A stretch of DNA of 45,386 nt from Planctomycetota bacterium (GTDB lineage Bacteria > Planctomycetota > Phycisphaerae > WQYP01), in contig JAJYDU010000002.1 of NCBI GenBank assembly GCA_021790475.1, forward strand, positions 1-45,386, in the 5' to 3' direction. A model generated the notes under the pieces. It was not told the DNA's origin. It saw nothing but the letters and a program-made list of their open reading frames with translations, and ran no database searches. The position numbers and the translations under genes were made by a program. Shown in pieces: positions 42,824-45,386 of this stretch; within the stretch, counting starts at the first letter, position 1; each line of letters begins with the position of its first letter.

Positions 42824-44761
42824 TCAGGACCCACTTTCGGCTGAATCGACGCGTTGCTTGATGGCCGCGATGGCCTGCATGATCTGATCGGCGACCATTT
42901 GCAGTGTGGCATGGTCGCGGCGCCGGTGGCGTAAATGTCCGAAACGCAGGGGAGCTCCGAAATGAACCACGAGGGCCGCCCGCTGGAGAAAATCTCGCCT
43001 GATGTTCTGGCATCGCCTTGTCCCGCTGATATATACGGGTACCACCGGCGCGCCGGAAAGAAGAGCCAGCAGGGCAATACCAGGCTTGCCCTGCCGGAAA
43101 GTATGATCCGCGCTGATGCCGCCTTCCGGAAAGACTCCCAACACCGCCTCCTGGCGCAAGGCCCGCAGGGCGGCGCGAACGCTGGCGGCATCGGCAGCGG
43201 AGCGGTTGACGGGAATACAGCCGATCCAGCGGCAGAGCCGCCCCACGATGGGCATCTGGTAATATTCGCGGGCCACCATGAAACGAATCAGACGCCGTCG
43301 GCTGCTGATAATCAGGGCCAGGGGATCAAGTCCGCTGGTATGGTTGGCCGCCACAATCACCGGGCCGGTCGTGGGAATGCGGCATGCCCCGGCCAGCCGC
43401 CAGCGGTGCCAGAGAGTCAGATAGATGGCGATGATCCGCCGGCCCACCGCCTGACCCCAGGGCAGAGAAGGGCGGCGGTAATAAAGCGTCAGCAACCAGA
43501 TTCCCAGCAGGCTGATCGCTGCACCCGTGGTCAGAATGATGCGGGGTATCCAGGCATCGATATGGGGCCAGATCGCCAGGGGAACGGTCGGCGCCAGCAG
43601 ACCGAAGGTGGTGATCAAATCGCGCGCGCCCATGATGCGGCCACGGACATAATCGGGGAGCAGTCGCTGGAGCAGAGTATCGACGCTGATGAACATAACC
43701 GCCCCAAACGCGGCCGCCACGATTAATGCCGCCAGCAGTACCGGCCAGGTGGGCGCAAAGTGTCCCAGAACAAGCCCCAGTCCGATCATCACCGTGGCCC
43801 AGCCGATGCCCACTTCCTTGGGTATGCCGCGCCGCGCGCGGCTCACGGCGGCGGCGCCAAGGATCATGCCGCCGCCGGCTATGCCCATAAACCATCCGAA
43901 GTATTTATCAGGCAGATGAAACTGCCTGGTGACGATGGCTGGCAGGCAGTTGAGTACCACCGCGCTGGACGTGGTGAAGGCCAGTTCCAGGAGAATCGCC
44001 TGGAATGGTCGAACATGGCCGCCCAGATACTTGATCGCTCCATTCAATTCGGCCCACAGGCCGGGACCGTGGCGCGCCGGCGCGGGACGGTCCATGCCCG
44101 GCGCCATGCGCATAGAATATACAAATGTAGCTGATAGAATGTAAGTCGCCGCGTCCGCGTACATGGCGTAATCGAGATGCCAGATGATCAGCAGCGACCC
44201 GAGAACAAAACCGATCAGCGTGAAAATGGTGCCGACGACGGAAATGATGGAGTTGGCCTGGAGCAGCTCGGTGGGGTGCACAAGATTGGGAAGAATCGCC
44301 GCCCGCGCCGGGGAAAACAGTTCCCCGAAGCTCGAGAGCAGCAGTTCGGAACCGAAGAGCATCAACAGCAGATCGCCCACCGGCATCTCGCCGCGGTACG
44401 CCGCCACCAGCAGCACGGTTCGCGCGACAATCACAATCGCCACGCGGGCCAGATCGCAGGAGATCATCACCCAGCGGCGCGGCAGCCGGTCCGACACGAC
44501 TCCGCCCAGCGGCGCCAGCAGCAGAAACGGCAAAAACATAGCCAGGTTCAGTTGGGCGTTCTGCTGGGCGCCGTAGGTCTTGAGCTTGAGAATGACCACG
44601 CAGAGCAGTTGGAGCATCACCAGAAAATGGATGCGATCGCCGAGCACCGAAACCACGTAAGCCAGCCATAACAGCAGGAAGTTTCTGTTGCGTACGAGCG
44701 GTGGGAAGTCTTTGAGCAGGGGCGTGTTGGATGTTTTCTGCAACGCACGGGTCTGAGTCAT
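42824..44761 (-). CDS. MFS transporter fused to a PlsC-type acyltransferase (LplT/acyltransferase-like)
   Basis: About 12 hydrophobic helices follow RNRNFLLLWLAYVVSVLGDRIHF. The C-terminus has VAANHTSGLDPLAL (HX4D) and VFPEGGIS acyltransferase motifs. The probable start is MTQTRAL at 44761; the ORF opens at 44851. Confidence 0.8.
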   Translation of the reverse strand: MTQTRALQKTSNTPLLKDFPPLVRNRNFLLLWLAYVVSVLGDRIHFLVMLQLLCVVILKLKTYGAQQNAQLNLAMFLPFLLLAPLGGVVSDRLPRRWVMISCDLARVAIVIVARTVLLVAAYRGEMPVGDLLLMLFGSELLLSSFGELFSPARAAILPNLVHPTELLQANSIISVVGTIFTLIGFVLGSLLIIWHLDYAMYADAATYILSATFVYSMRMAPGMDRPAPARHGPGLWAELNGAIKYLGGHVRPFQAILLELAFTTSSAVVLNCLPAIVTRQFHLPDKYFGWFMGIAGGGMILGAAAVSRARRGIPKEVGIGWATVMIGLGLVLGHFAPTWPVLLAALIVAAAFGAVMFISVDTLLQRLLPDYVRGRIMGARDLITTFGLLAPTVPLAIWPHIDAWIPRIILTTGAAISLLGIWLLTLYYRRPSLPWGQAVGRRIIAIYLTLWHRWRLAGACRIPTTGPVIVAANHTSGLDPLALIISSRRRLIRFMVAREYYQMPIVGRLCRWIGCIPVNRSAADAASVRAALRALRQEAVLGVFPEGGISADHTFRQGKPGIALLALLSGAPVVPVYISGTRRCQNIRRDFLQRAALVVHFGAPLRFGHLRHRRRDHATLQMVADQIMQAIAAIKQRVDSAESGS

Positions 44762-45100
44762 TATTTTCCCGCAGGCGACGGTGTAATCGGTATCATTACC
44801 GCAAACTTTACCCTTGGTGTTGATTGTCGGCGGCGATGGCGATTGTTTCAAGACGCAGCTGTATCCATTCCACGAAAATTAAGCGCCCATTGTCGTTGCT
44901 GGTGAACTTCAGTAACGTGATATTCCGATGAAAGTGCGTGGCGCCTCAGCCTCAATCAAGCGAACGATCTCATCCCGCAGAGCTTAACCGGACAGAATCT
45001 TTATGTGACTCTGTTATGTATCCGCGTAATCAGCGGAGCTTAAAGTGTTTGAAGAAAGGTCGGGTCCGCGCCTGGCGGGAAGGTCAATAGCTCAAAGGTA

Positions 45101-45135
45101 GACCTGCCTGCCTGCCGGCGGTAGACAGGCAGGTC
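45101..45135 (-). terminator. 10-bp inverted repeat hairpin downstream of the partial right-edge ORF
   Basis: gacctgcctg (45101-45110) pairs with caggcaggtc (45126-45135). The minus strand continues TACCTTTGAGC. Function is inferred only. Confidence 0.3.
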
Positions 45136-45270
45136 CACCCCCGAGCCGGATAACACGCCGAATCTTTCATGCCGCCACATGGCGCCGGTTTACCGCGGTG
45201 AATTTGACACTCACACACCGCGTCGCACGCGGTATGGAAAGGGCTGCCCCGGTCGCACCTGCACCGTTTG

Positions 45271-45386
45271 TCAGGCGTCTATGGAAGCCTCCACCGGAGA
45301 TGGAGCCGGCGCCGCGGGCGGCGTTTTAGACGGCGTAATGGAGGGCAGAACAATATCCGGTTCCGGTTCGGCGACCGGTTCTCCCA
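45271..45386 (-). CDS. Possible 3' end of a gene entering from the right edge (Pro/Ala-rich tail)
   Basis: The minus-strand frame reads GEPVAEPEPDIVLPSITPSKTPPAAPAPSPVEASIDA-stop (stop = tca at 45271-45273). It is too short and too low in complexity to assign. Confidence 0.25.
   Translation of the reverse strand, partial: GEPVAEPEPDIVLPSITPSKTPPAAPAPSPVEASIDA

Overview
This is a high-GC bacterial chromosomal window. The four PEP-CTERM proteins and the gene content suggest a PVC-type or similar environmental bacterium, but that is inference only. All calls come from reading the sequence and the ORF translations; no database search was possible.

Backbone housekeeping genes: folC, a XerC/D-type recombinase, ffh, ispG, galE, clpP plus a lipoprotein gene, an AddB-type nuclease, tsaB, xylB, a GT2 glycosyltransferase, ribH-nusB, ftsY, a PTPS/QueD-family gene, a prenyltransferase-repeat protein, an NPCBM-domain protein, a zinc-ribbon/bPH membrane protein, dacB, an amidohydrolase and an MFS-acyltransferase fusion.

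Accessory material, mostly lower in GC:
1. The 3' end of an IS5-type transposase gene at the left edge.
2. An array of four PEP-CTERM genes (7.5-11.8 kb) built from shared leader and tail modules, with orphan tail remnants.
3. A convergent Dam-like methyltransferase / HNH endonuclease pair (21.3-23.0 kb).
4. An insertion between nusB and ftsY carrying an HhH-glycosylase-like gene and an orphan ParA-like ATPase. The ParA-like gene is bracketed by a 196-bp direct duplication of the ftsY 5' end.
5. A roughly 7.5-kb defence island (32.3-39.9 kb) with a motif-permuted amino-methyltransferase plus a putative PD-(D/E)XK nuclease, a PIN/RHH toxin-antitoxin pair, and a GmrSD-like nuclease followed tightly by a ThsB-like TIR gene and a small 3-TM protein.

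The TIR/3-TM/GmrSD group has no ThsA-type partner in view. It is the best candidate for an undescribed Thoeris-like system.
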